Assembly (NCBI RefSeq): GCF_009914755.1
Contig: NC_060929.1
From: the human T2T-CHM13v2.0 reference genome, Homo sapiens
DNA: 64,000 nucleotides
Strand: one strand, 5' to 3'
Below are positions 44,924-57,614 of this stretch, piece by piece. A model generated the notes under the pieces. It did no database searches. It was not told the DNA's origin and worked only from the letters and a program-made list of their open reading frames with translations. Numbering within the stretch: the first letter of the stretch is position 1; every line of letters starts with the position of its first letter. The position numbers were made by a program, and so were the translations under genes.

Positions 44924-46426
44924 TCCATTAGCTGGATTTAGTCACGTTTATAAATTTCTTTATATGGTGTCTAACACGTTAACTATAACATCAGGAAACA
45001 CAGGATCCCATTTTAGCTTTTGGATTTTATTTTTGAGCAATTTATTTGTAGGGATTGATATTACATTGCTTTTACTTTTTCTTAGAGGTCTTCCAAATAA
45101 CAAGAGAAAATCTACTATTTAAAAAATAGAATAAAAGTCAATCTTGCAATTTTTGTAAATCCAAGCTATATTATGGAATCTTAGTGATTTTCTTTTTCTT
45201 ATATCTTGAAACATTTTGCTATTCATCATTCTAGTCATCATTTGATCATTACTCACCAATTATTCCCAACTGTGTTTAAAAACACTAAAATAATGTGAAA
45301 TGGAAAAATGATATAATTTCATAAAAGGCTGATGCAATAATGAACTAAACTGTGGCTATTACATCACCTTTTAGTTTTCCTGCTGTCCTGCCCCAAGTAT
45401 TGTAGAATCATTCAAGAAGGTTTAGGAGAACAGTAAAGACACCATCTTTGTAGTTTCTTCTCATCTTTTATACACAACTGAGCATCCATAATTTTTATTT
45501 TCCAACCACAATGGCAAAGATAAGCAAATTTACAGAGGAAGATGTTTCATATTATTAAACAAATCATAAGATTAATGCAAAGAGATTTCATATAAGCAAA
45601 ATTTTAGACTGTGAGTTTTCAGATGACAATATCCTAAATGAATTTTTCCAAAGTCTAGAATCAATAAATGGACACTATATTTTTAAGGACAAAAATGAAA
45701 TATCGTGTCCTCAATGAGTTAGTAACTCAACAGGAAGAACTTTATCATGCAGTGTTCTGTGATCAGAACATAGACCATCCCGTTTTGAAAAAAAAAAAAA
45801 GTAATAATATTCTTTTGTCTCTTATGTGGTTGTGCACCAAAATTTGCTTAATATGGGTCATAAGTGGACTAGGTGGGTGTGTACTGAAAGGGGAATGGAA
45901 GAAAATAATGTGGAAACCAAAACAATCAATTGAATCATTCTAATTGATAAAACATGAAAACGTTTTGCAATTATAGAATGAAGATGTGAGTCCTCTTTTA
46001 AACAAATCATGAGCCACAGTTTTTAAAAATATTTTATTTTGATGATATAACTGCAAGAAGATAAAATTAGAGGTAACGATAAGCTAAACTTTTAGAGATG
46101 GACTTGAAATTTGGAATCAATGCTGTATTTCTAAGACCAACATGTTCCAGAATCATGCATGACAATTGATCACCAGTTAATGGCATTCGAAGGAAGTTGC
46201 CCAAAAATTGTAGGCATCAATACCTTCTACACCAGGAAAATATGGTAAGAAAAACTGGAGTTTGCTATGTTTACGTTTTTATTAAAATTTTTAATAAAGT
46301 TATTTTTCATAATATATCTGGTCTTCTGTAAATTACTCATAAAATGACTAAAAAATATAAAAACACAAAAAGGGTCCATTGGACACAAATGGTAAATGGT
46401 GAGAACTATTCTTGGTTTACCAAGGA
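44924..46426 (+). mobile_element. piggyBac-family DNA transposon fossil (Looper-like), about 1.5 kb
   Basis: Flanked by tcaa (44920-44923) / TTAA (46427-46430); both ends begin TCC; decayed transposase from ATG 45511 (MAKISKFTEEDVS) with CMTIDHQLMAFEGSCP..IPSTPGKYG at 46156-46249. Confidence 0.85.
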
Positions 46427-46943
46427 TTAAGCATTCAATAAAAGGTCATTGTTATCACTGTTACCGTCATCAGAGTTCACAAAGTTTTATCCGGTCCTAG
46501 ACTTATTCTGAAAAAGAAACCACATCCTATGTTCCATGGAACAAAAAGGACTCCTAAGCACCAGTGGGTTTGAGGTATCCTGCTACCACAGCCAGGAAAG
46601 GGTGTCCCGCATGCCTTCCCATTGCAGCATGAGAAAGGAAGACATATGGCCTGATGCGGCCAGTCATGAGGTGAGCCTTCTTCCTGGTGTGTATGCACAG
46701 CCTGCAGGATGTATCACTGACCACTCTCCCCGGCTACTACCCGCCTCTGCTGATTTACATGGAACTGTGCAGCCTTCCCTGCTTTTAAGAGCTCAAACTT
46801 TTAAAAAGAGTAGAAGAAAAATTTGTAGCCCAGTGGTTCCTTTATTCCTTCTGATGTTTAGGCTGTGACTTTGAAAGATAAAGACTATGGGAAGTGACCA
46901 TCTGGCTACAGGAGGGAGTGTCCATAAAAGAATCATATAACTG

Positions 46944-47238
46944 GACCAGGAGTGGTGGCTCATGCCTGTAATCCCAGCACTTTGGGAGACCGAGGCAGAT
47001 CACTTGAGGCCAGGAGTTCGAGACCAACCTGGGCAACATGGCAAAACCCCATCTCTACAAAAAATATAAAAATTAGCTGGGTGTGGTAACATGTGCCTGT
47101 AGTCCCAGCCACTTGGGAGGCAGAGAGGGGAGGATTGCTTGAGCTTGGGAGGTCAAGGCTACAGTGAGCCATGATTATGCCACTGCACTCCATCCTGGGT
47201 GAAGACTGAAAATCTGTCTCGAAAAAAAATTAAAAAAA
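46944..47238 (+). mobile_element. AluJ (Jb-like)
   Basis: Full dimer with gaggattgcttgagc, gtcaaggctacagtgagccatgat and an A tail. Confidence 0.93.
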
Positions 47239-47787
47239 CCCGAATACAAAAAGGACATCCAGGGGCTCAAAGACAGAAAAATAGTAAGAGAGGAATCTCC
47301 CTACTAATTCTGAAGAGTAACATCTGAGAAAATGAGTAAAGGAGAAAACAGAGCTTCAGATTTCTATGTATCAATTAAAAATAGATTTGATTTTTTTGAT
47401 TAGTAAATGTTACCCCCTGGGTTTGTCCAATCTAAGAGAAAGCTTCCCAGTCATAAGAATAATCCCCCCAGTGGAGACAAAAATGACCACAAGACAGTCA
47501 CTAATACCCATGTAGGCAGATATTCAAGTATTGGCCAAAGGATCACGTGAAAATATGCTGCAAAAGCTATTCCTAAGCTGAGAGGGAGGAAACCTGAATC
47601 CCCTCAAGGTTTCTTCCATCTCAATGCAGGATAACATAATAGTTAAAACAAAGGGTCTTGGAATCAGAGTGTCCCAGCTCAGCGTGTACTGAGGGACACA
47701 GTTTAACCTTCCTAAACCTAGCTTTGACCATTTATAAGTGGACCAGCTGGGGTTGCGGGGAGAATGCTGATGACAGTGGTACCCACC

Positions 47788-48272
47788 TGTACTGGTATGC
47801 CCGACAGATCCCCTTACACCCTTCACTATTCTTTCTGCCCCAGGAGACTGACCTGGATGAAACTCCTCAGCAGCCTCCCTCTTTGAGTCCAACAGCCTGC
47901 CCTGGTTGTATCCAACAGACTCCTGCCCCAGAAAGAGACTGGAGGAAGAAAAGAGTGAGTGCAGGCTGTTGATGGCCTCAGCTCCTTGTGCGGTCCTATC
48001 TGACTGGCTGTGTCCTCCAACTGAAGGTCACTGCTGCTCTCAAGGCAGCCCTATCTGCATAACTCTTTCCTTCTGGATTCTGGAACCTCCTCTCTTCCCT
48101 CAATGCTTCAGGCCTAGAGGTGGTAACCAGTTCTTTGTCGCTAGCCTGGGACACTGCACTATCTCTTATGGATCCTTACCACAGGTCTTACTCTATAAAC
48201 ACTCCAGTTACCAAACCGCCTTCCAATTATCCTACTTGGAGTGGGCATCTGTGCTTGGCTGGGACCCTGACT
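47788..48272 (+). mobile_element. ERVL solo LTR (LTR33/LTR41 group) inserted in a MIR (about 47635-48360)
   Basis: cagatcccctt..., cttcaggcctagaggtggtaac, catctgtgcttggctgggaccctgact; MIR resumes at ctacctcaaag...gaggattaaa; possible TSD ccacc/ctacc. Confidence 0.65.
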
Positions 48273-48442
48273 CTACCTCAAAGATAACTGAGAGGATTAA
48301 AAGTGGTATTGCACATAAAATACCTGGCACTTAGCAAGTAACCATTACAATACTATTATTATTCTCCTTTCTCTGATCTCTCACTCCCCTTTTTCACCCA
48401 TGGTTAATCCTTCTAGTCAGCTCCTCTTCTGATTCTTTAACA

Positions 48443-48787
48443 CAGGAGTCAGCACACTTTTTTCTATAAAGGACTAAACAGTAAATAATTTAGGCTTTGT
48501 GGGCTACACAGCCTCTGTTGCAACTGCTCCCCTCTGTCACTGAAGAACTAAAGCAGCCACCAGCCAGCAATGCTTAAATGAATAAGCATGACTGTGTTTC
48601 AATCACATTTTATTTATGAGCACTGAAATCTGAATTTCATATCATTTTCATGGGTCATGAAATATTATTTTTCTTTTGATTATTTTTCAGCCATTTGAAA
48701 ATGTAAAAACCATTCTCAGCTCACAAGTTGAGCAGTAACAAGTGGTGGGCAGGACTTGGCCTACAGGCCACAGTTTACCAACCCCTG
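48443..48787 (+). mobile_element. MER58B (hAT-Charlie)
   Basis: Terminal inverted repeats caggagtcagcacact / agtttaccaacccctg; 8-bp TSD ctttaaca / cttcaaca. Confidence 0.9.
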
Positions 48788-49417
48788 CTTCAACAGAGTT
48801 CTAAGATTTAGCATTTCTGCTATACCAGAGAGCTTTTATGCCCCAGATTATGATTCTATATTTTTCCTATTTTCCTTGTTTATAAAAAAAAAAAAACCTC
48901 TAAAAATTCATTCTTTGAAGCCAAAGCTTGCTTGCCCTTTCCCATAATCTTTGCCAACTGGCTTTTGAAATCCCCTGCCATAGCACATTCAAACCATCCC
49001 CTCTATCATACCTTCCAGGGGCAATGTCCTTGAAGCTGTTCCCACGCTAGAAACCCATTCCAGCACTTTTCATCTAGGAAAGGGCACATCCAAGACTATC
49101 CCAGTGTGATTCACTCCATGGAAATAATAACAGGAACTCTGCTGTACTTGGGAAAAGGCTGGCCTGGGCAATGCTGGAGAGAAGGTGAGGTTTGTCTCTG
49201 CAGGACTCCACCCGACTGTGCCCACCCTGGGCTTGCACACATGTGGGGCCTTTACCAGCCTTGTGATGATGCCCCTCCATCCCTTTCTCATAGGACCAAT
49301 CTGAACACTCTGCAAAAACGCAGGTCAGATGCTAAGGCATATTAACCTATTCCAACAGACATACAGTGCTGTGTAAGAGTCTTGAATTTTAACATGTCTT
49401 TTCAAAATAACCTAAAG

Positions 49418-49566
49418 CAGTGGTTCTCGAGCTGGCTACGTGTTAGAATCACCTTTTCCAGCATTTAAAAATGCCAGTGCCACCAGACCATGATTGAAAT
49501 TTTATCTGCAGTTTTAAAAAGCTACCCAGGTGATTCTAGTGCAAGGTGAGGGTTGAGGGTCATGGA
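49418..49566. mobile_element. MER5B-like
   Basis: cagtggttctc...ttagaatcacc...ttttaaaaagctacccaggtgattct. Confidence 0.7.
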
Positions 49567-49764
49567 CTTTGACGAATGGCTGAGGGAGCTATTTTCAGAC
49601 AACTGAAGGAGGCCAGGATGTATCCATTCAAATCATGGTTTCTTTTAATTTTCCTTACTGTCCCATGCAAAGCTTCAGAAAAGAAGGCAACTGGGAGGAT
49701 AGGATGAAAATAAACATTATTGTGCATCTAGTTTGCATTTGGATTTTATTCATTACTTTTCATT

Positions 49765-50245
49765 TGTGTATTCATTCATATAACATCATTCATTAAGCTA
49801 CTACCATGTGCCAAGCACTGCAGATACAAAGATAAAGAAGATAGGCATGATTTCTCTCCACATGGAGTTTATATTCATATAGTGGAAAGAGTGGGGGGAA
49901 TTGAACAACTCATTACACAATTATTATTTAATGGCAATTGTGGGAATTCTTATAGAGTTCAAAATGCACCTTCTGAGGAAATCTCACTTAATTGGAGAAG
50001 ATCAGGGAAGGCTTCCTTGAGGAAGTGGTACTCTGGCTGAGCTCTAATATGATCGTGAGTCAACTAGACAAGAATGGGGAAGGCAGTGGGAACTACATAG
50101 GCAAAGGCCCTATGGTGGGCATATAGGAGCTTGAAGCTTTTGAAGAGCTAAAAGGCAGCAGTGTGGGTGAAATTCAGAGAGCAAGGGGAGAATGCTAGGG
50201 TGGATTAGGACCGGGTCGGACAAGGCATTGGAGGCCTTATTAAGA
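49765..50245 (-). mobile_element. L2 fragment
   Basis: ttcattcat...ctaccatgtgccaagcactg...tcagggaaggcttccttgaggaagtg...gcaaaggccct. Confidence 0.8.
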
Positions 50246-52361
50246 CACATGTTATCTCCTCTTCTTCATTAACGCCGTCACTTTATGAACTCTGAGCATT
50301 AGCGACACGCTCAAGATTCCATCACTGGTAAGAGGTAAGGCCAGCACTCAAACCCACTTCTGCCTAACTCCATCTGTGGTTCCATCCATCTCTGCAGTTC
50401 CCGCCACCTCCAGGGGTCAGATGTTTCACCAGAAACAGAAATTATAAATCAAAGCTGGGTTTCTATATAGAATCTCTCCACACAGAAATAGAGTATCTAT
50501 GCTTGCGTATAGATAGGGAGGAACAAAAGGAACAAACTAGAAAGGATCAAAGATACTAACTTTAGGGAAACTGACCTTCCTTCATAAAGGAAAAGGCTTG
50601 CCTGCATCTCCTACCCAGTTCTTTGCAGAATTCAAAAGGGCTCCTATTGCTGGACCTTAGTACAGGTCAGTGAGATAAATCATTCATTGATTACCTGGTA
50701 TTTATTGAGCGTTTATGTGTCAAGTTCAAGAGACACCAATGAAAATACCAGATCCTGCAGATCCTGACACTTGGGGAATTTAGTCTTTTCTAGAAGAGAG
50801 TAGAGATGCAATAAACTTAGCCAAATTCAAAATCAGAAATTCCTAAAGGTTAATAGGAGATTAGAGAATAGAGTAGTAATCTCTTATGCTTAATATTTAT
50901 GTCTATCAGAGTTAATTTATTTCTCCCCAACTCCATCATCCCAATATTTTTCAAAGATGACCACACAAAAATGGCAAGATCAATAAAAATCACCAGTTTT
51001 TAGTAGCTAGGAATATCACATTATGAATAAGATTTAAGCAGTGGGCTAGGACATTCTGGAACATGATCAATGAGGGAAAATTGAATAAATCTTAAAAAAA
51101 AAAAGTCTGACTCTGTTCCAAAATCAAAGATGTACATGAGATTGATCCAGTCCTCTTCCAGATGGTTTGAGGAAATCTGAGCTGAGTCCTTGAAGTAATG
51201 GTTAGTCTAAGATATATAAAATGAGCAAATAAAAAACTTCATTAAAATCCTAAAATAAAACTGAAAACTCTGCAGCAGATGGTATGGATCATAGATAAAT
51301 GTCTGACAAAGGCAGTAATGATTATTTCTTATCAACAACAAGGATTTGGGAGAGAGACAAGGAGATTGAGTTATAGGAAATACAGTATTGATTTTGAAAA
51401 TGAAAGTAAGATTGATTCTATCTAGCACTTCAGGTAATCTTCAATCTCTATTAAAATATTCAGTTTGATTCTAACAATTGCGGAGTCACCTCAGCAGACT
51501 TTCTTGACATCCAGGGCAGGTGGTGGGAAAAGAAGTGTCTATCTTCCCATTTTTCCTCAAGAATCCCTAACAGGCAGTCAACAATGTGCCCAGAGCACTC
51601 CCACCTCATGAGGCTGAAGGACCAGCACACTTGCTCCTGAGTGAAATCTCCAACATTCTCCAGGCTCCAACACATGGTTAGGGGAGACGGCTGAGTGGGA
51701 AACCCCTGCTAAACACCACACATCAGTATCCCAGCCACCAAAAGCACACTGCAGTTGTGTGTGTATGCCTGCATGTGCACACGTGTGTGTGTGTGCACAC
51801 ATGTGATGTTCACATCATCAGCTATCCTCCTTTCTTTTAGGATTGATTTCTCCTGCCCTTCATTGCAGCCAGAACATGGCAAAAGAGAGCAAGAAACTCT
51901 AGCCATCATAGCTCATCAGAGGCATCTTCCAATATAGCCCCCAAACCAAGATCTGGAATTTCTGCCTTGTCGTCTTTGGAGATCCCTAAGTCAGAGCCGA
52001 GTCAAAGAACAGACTTCTCTTTCTCCCTTTCCAGAACCCTTCAGAGGCCTTTGCCCCTCACATTCCTGCATTCACCCTTCCCTCAAGTAAGATGTTAAAA
52101 TGTCAGGAGACGAGAAGAACTTTGCTTTAAAGGAAAACAAATCTTTACCATACAATACTTAATGCCAGCCCCATCTCCACCAACTTACTCTTACTATTAT
52201 AACATAATATAAATCCCTTTCTCCTCTTCCCCTTTATGTGATCTGCCAATGTGTCAGCTCCCTAGTTTTGAGGGTATTTTAACTATCTCTTCCTCACGTC
52301 CATTGTGATGAATGTGCTGGGTGAGCTGTCAGCTGCCTTTGATGTGTAACTCTGTGTTCTA

Positions 52362-52515
52362 GACCCACGACTCAAAGCTTGGTGCCTGGATGAACAATGT
52401 CAGCATCACCTGAGAGTTTGCTGGAGAAATAGAATCCCGGGCCCCACTCCAGACCTGCTGAATCAAAATCTATTTTAACAGTATTCACTAGGTGATACTA
52501 ATGCACATTAAAGGG
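52362..52515. mobile_element. MER5A
   Basis: cagcatcacctgagagtttg...cccactccagacctgctgaatcaaaatc...ggtgatactaatgcacattaaag. Confidence 0.8.
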
Positions 52516-53544
52516 AGTTCTGACTAAATTGCAAGACACTTATCACGTCCCTGAAAACAGGTTGGCAGTAAGTCGCTAAAGGTTAACTCTGTCACTAGAG
52601 TGGGATTTTATAAAGAGATAGAGGGAAAATATAAGGGAGAATTGTTGTTACTATTTACAGCTTACCAGAATTTATGTCCCTTATATGAAGCACTTAGACT
52701 CAATGAGATCATGCATATACATGGTATAAGCATCAGAGAAGCTCAAAGAAAGGAGAGCCTGATGTGGGATTGCCAGTAGGGGGGAATATCACGGAGAAAA
52801 TAGAAATTGAACCAAGATAAGTGGGTAAGATCTTGTGACAATCACTACACAGGAAATTTCTAAATCTAAAACAGATAGTTGTCAGGTAGCACTTACCAGA
52901 AATGTAAAGTTCTGGTAGCACTTATCAAAACTTTAATAAATTATGTTATTACTTTCACTTCACTTTAATAAATCATTATTACCATGAATTTTCTCTGAGC
53001 ATTAATAAAACCAGGAGGGTGATGGTGATGGGTGTCATGGAAACAACAGGGTTTGGTGTCAGATGGATCTGGCTCTAATTCAGCCAGACTGTGTCATCTT
53101 GAAACAGTTACTTTCCCTTGCTGAGCCTCATTATCCTACTGAAACATGAAAATAATACCTGAGGATTAAGTAAGAGAAAGTATACGACTGTTACCAATAT
53201 AGCGTCTGTGTCTGTAGCATAGTAGGCAGTCAACCAGTATCAATCTACCTTTCTCCTCTCTTCCCTCTGGCACAGAGTTGGCCCCAGACAAATGTTAACT
53301 AAACCTGGACCTAAGTCAGCAAGTGCAATCCAGATTAGTAAAGTCCTGAAGAGTTTAGGCTTGATGCAGCAGGAAGCAAGAGTCATGTGCAAAGACAAAA
53401 ACAGTATTTCAGGAAGGCCAGCATAGCAGTGGTATTCAAAATAGAAGAGAGAGGCAGGTGATGGTCAGCAGTGAATTGGTAAGCTCATTGAAAAGACAAC
53501 CATGTAAAGGACTTTGGGCCAGGCTTTCAAGGCACACCTGACTG

Positions 53545-54045
53545 CAACTGTGTTGGTCATTTGTCCCTTTGCTCTCAATTCCACTGTCCTCACTTCCCCT
53601 GCTCTAATCTGTACTTTTAGGAACTGGATTTCTTGTGAAGTGGCTTCCAGGTAAGATCAGCCAGTGGGAGGCTCACCAGCTCATCAATGGAAGAGGGGAG
53701 ATGCTAAGATTTGTGTCTTTTCATCTCCCTGCCTGGGTAGCATCTTAGGCAGCGCTGTTTCTCTTGAGACCTTCAACTCCAACAGGCAGTCCTCTCCTCT
53801 GTTCTCCCAGTTCCCAGCTCTGCCCGGTAACCTGAGCTGGGCTGTGGAACACTTCCCCCTCCTGTGCTTCAACCATGCTAGAGTGGAAGGATCTTCCAGC
53901 CATTGCCAACCTCTGTGGTACTTCACCATCTCCTCTTTGGCTTCTCAGTTTTAGCATCACCTGAGTAACTAGTTTCCTGTATTATATTTCCCCTACTGAA
54001 TGACCAAAAATGGTTTATATTCCCTGACTAGACCTTAATTGACGA
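53545..54045 (+). mobile_element. LTR33-like ERVL solo LTR
   Basis: tggcttccaggtaagatcagccagtgggagg..., cttcaccatctcctctttggcttctcag...gtaactagtttcctgtatta...ccctgactagacc. Confidence 0.65.
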
Positions 54046-56369
54046 TATCTAAATCAAAGTATATTTCAGATTATTTCTGTATGACTATGTAGGTTTCTAA
54101 ATCTTGGAAGATATACAAAATAAAAGCCTCATAATGATTTATCTGCCACTGAAAAGGAGGAGAGGAATTGGGCTTAGAATTCTCCAACCAAAAAACTCTA
54201 GTAGATCCATTAAAGCAGGGTAATTATTAACCTGTGAATGTAGTGATGTCCATAGGCATGTCATTTAATTTAGCATTTGCAAGCGTGATCTGGAAGGGTG
54301 AATAACAAATGCAGAAATTATTGGGAAGTATTGCAAATACCCAAAAGGAGAAGGAAATAATGTTTTAAAACCCAAACTGGCAGTTACAGAAGTATGTGCA
54401 GGATACAGTTATGGAATTGATAAAAATGCATAGCTGGATCAAATAGCAAAATGAGATGCTGCCTGAAAAAATGTATGGTTGGATAGGTAAGAGAAAGTAA
54501 TCAAAAACACAGATACTCCACAGGAAGGAAAAAAAAAAAAAACAAGAAATGAATATAGGGAAGAAGACTGAGGAGAGACAGTGCAAACTTAGATCTAATT
54601 TGGAAATATGATGGAAAGAACCTGGTTATTTTGAGCTTTAAGTATAGACACTTTATGTTGTTATTGTTTTTTTGAATGATGTTCTTTCTCTCTCCAACCT
54701 CCATCATGCCTTTCAATTTATACAGTATTTATTAGGCCATACCTACCATACCTTACCCAATTTTGCATACCTCAATAACAAAAATGAGAAAAATAGTAAG
54801 AATTGCAAGATCCTGGGGAAATCAAATCTGAAAGATAACAGGCTGGAGGACACAACTGATAACAGGAAGTAAAAAGAGCCACATTGGCTGAGCAATCATA
54901 TTTCTAGCACAGACAGAATCACAGAAAATTAGGCATATTGTGTGGGAGAAACAAATTCCAATTAAAGAATAGATTTCAGTGTTGACCTAATTATCTAATG
55001 TCCAGCTCTCATTTTTATGGGATGAAGCCAGGCAAGTAAAATAAATTCTTGGAGATAAATCTATGCTTTCTAACAAAGAAAATTACTTCTTTCTCCGTGA
55101 AACTCCAGATGATCAGAAAACAATACCCTAGTATATTATTTTTGCTCAGTTTGAACCTCAACTATCACTTATATAAGGATAATATTGATTTCAAGGGGTT
55201 CAGACAATGTATTTCTATGTGGTCAAGAAGGGATTCCTTTTGGGAAAACAGAAGTTCAAAAGGAGAACAAGAACTCTCAATTCTGAAAGCACACAGCCAC
55301 CAATAAAATTCACTTGCTCCCAAGTAAATTATTAGGTCAAAGAAGAGTAAAGGATTAAAGCTAAATACTTATAGCTCCTTGTTAAACTGGGGCTGTTATA
55401 ATCTAAGAATTCATGAGAAACCATTTTCAAACTTAGAAGCGGGTGGGAGAGAAGCAACTATAGTCAACTGTAATATAGTAAGGATCTGTCACATGATCTA
55501 ATTACAGAAATGAAAGCAACCCAGGAATTATGTGGTCTATTCAAGCCTGCAAGGAGTACGAACAAAGAATATAATTATACATCAAGCCTGTTGATTAAAC
55601 AATTACTATTTAAAGCAGATATAGATTTAAAATTAATTTGCTTCTGCATTCTGAGGATTTGGGGACTGAGATAAACAGTGTTTGAAGTTTAATTATCCGT
55701 GCGTAAGATGAAGGGGCTCATTTCAATTTGGTTAGCTCTGCAGAGTGTTTTGGATGGTGTAAAAGAATGAATCCGACTCTGCTGCAAGTCTCGGCACTGC
55801 TGAAATGTGTGATTAAAGTGAGCAAGAAGGCTCACTCAGCCTAATTCCCACAGAATGTGGTAATATCACAGGAGGGATTGTGCAATTGCAAATTAATATT
55901 TAAATGAACACTAGTTTGAAGTTTACCTGGAGGGTGAAACACACTATCTCCAAAAGAACAGAAGAAGGCCAACCAAACAGTTCCAGGCTCCACAGCAGTG
56001 AAATCTGAGGAGTGGAGACCTTCACGCTTGTTTGAGCAAATAGGACACCTACCTGCCAGCGACTCTGAATGGAGTGATTCTTATCAGAGGCCACATGTAC
56101 AGTGTCCCACGGCAGAATTGCAGGGCTGAGGGGTGGGCAGGGTGAAAGGGTGAATTGGAGTTGGAGTGAAAGACAATAAACAGAGACTAGAAAATTCCAA
56201 AGTTAAAGAGTGATTGTCGAGATGCAAGGAACCGTGTCTGTGTTCCCACACCGAGATCAGAACGTGTGGGGACAGAATTCCCAGAACTCAAAGCCGACTC
56301 AACAGCTTCCATGAAGGGAAGGTGTGCTCCTGACCTGGCTGTGCTCGAAAGAACAGAAGGATGCCACAG

Positions 56370-57370
56370 AGTGTCCTGGTTCAGAGAATGGACTTCAGAA
56401 TGAGAAAACTGAGTTTCATTCCCAGCTCTACCACTTTTCAGTCTTGTGACCTTAGCAAAGCATTCAGCTCTCTCAGAACCTTCTGTTTCTTTAGTAAAAT
56501 AGCTTTCATTCCTTCCTCACGGTAGTTGCAAATATTAAATATGGTAATGAGGGCAGCCTAAGAGTGTCCTTTCCCTACTGAAAACCACTCTGTGGCTCAT
56601 CACTGCCTTTTGGATAAAAATAAATCTCTTTAGCATGGCCTGTAAGGCCCTAAAACGGGGTGATGCCCACTCACGTCACCTGCCTCTCTTGTGTTCTCTT
56701 CCCCAGCATTTTCTCCACCCCGGCCTCACTGGCATTTTTCTTTTTTCAGTCCTTTATTCTCTCTTCTGCTTTCAAGGCATGTTCATTGCTTTCCCTCTTC
56801 CTCGGAACATTTTTCCCTCCCCTCTTCACCCAGTTGACATCTCTTCATTCTTTAGATCCCACTGCTAGTTGTCCAAGGTGGTAATTAAAAGCTCAGGCCC
56901 TGAAGACAACACGTTGTGTTCAAAACCCAAACTCCACCACTCACTCTCTGTATGACTTTTGCCCATGTAACATTCAGCTTCCTTCTCTGCAAAACAAGGT
57001 TGATCACTAGTACTTACATCATGATTTTGCCGTAAGGGCCACATGAGTTAATGCAGGCTATGGTCTCAGAAGTGAGTCCAGTTCAAAGGAAGCATTGGAA
57101 AACTGCTTTTGTAGTCCTCCAAAAGATCTCCCTTCCCCAGCACCTAGCACGCTTGCAACGTTATGTTTGTGTGATTGTTCTAATACACCTCTCTTCATCA
57201 TAACAAAGGCTCCACGGGGGCAGGAGTTTGCCAGTGTTTAGCCCACATTATAGATTCTGTTCCTAGTAGAACAGACACTCAAATATTTGCTGAGGACTAA
57301 ACCAATGAAAATGCTGAGCACAGTGCCTGGCACATAGTGGGCCTCAATGAATACTAGCTTTTAAATAACA
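56370..57370 (+). mobile_element. Interleaved MIR and L2 remnants
   Basis: MIR cores at about 56380-56550 and 56875-57100; L2-like sequence at about 56560-56870 and 57120-57310. Confidence 0.6.
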
Positions 57371-57431
57371 ACCTACTGACAATGCCAATTGTTAAGTGAA
57401 AAAAATTCTGACTATTATTATTTACTTTGCC

Positions 57432-57614
57432 CAGTGGTTCTCAACTGGAAATGATTCTGTCCCCCAGGCAATATCTCGGGGTGGTGGGAGTGCTACTGGC
57501 ATCTAGTGGATAGACACCAGGGAGGCTCTAAACATCCTACAACGCAAAGCACAGTCCTCCCACAAGAAATTACCCGGCACAAAATGGCAATAGTGCCAAG
57601 CTTAAGAAACTCTG
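57432..57614 (+). mobile_element. MER20 (hAT-Charlie), internally deleted
   Basis: cagtggttctcaac...tgctactggcatctagtgg...aaacatcctaca...caatagtgccaag..gaaactctg. Confidence 0.88.
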
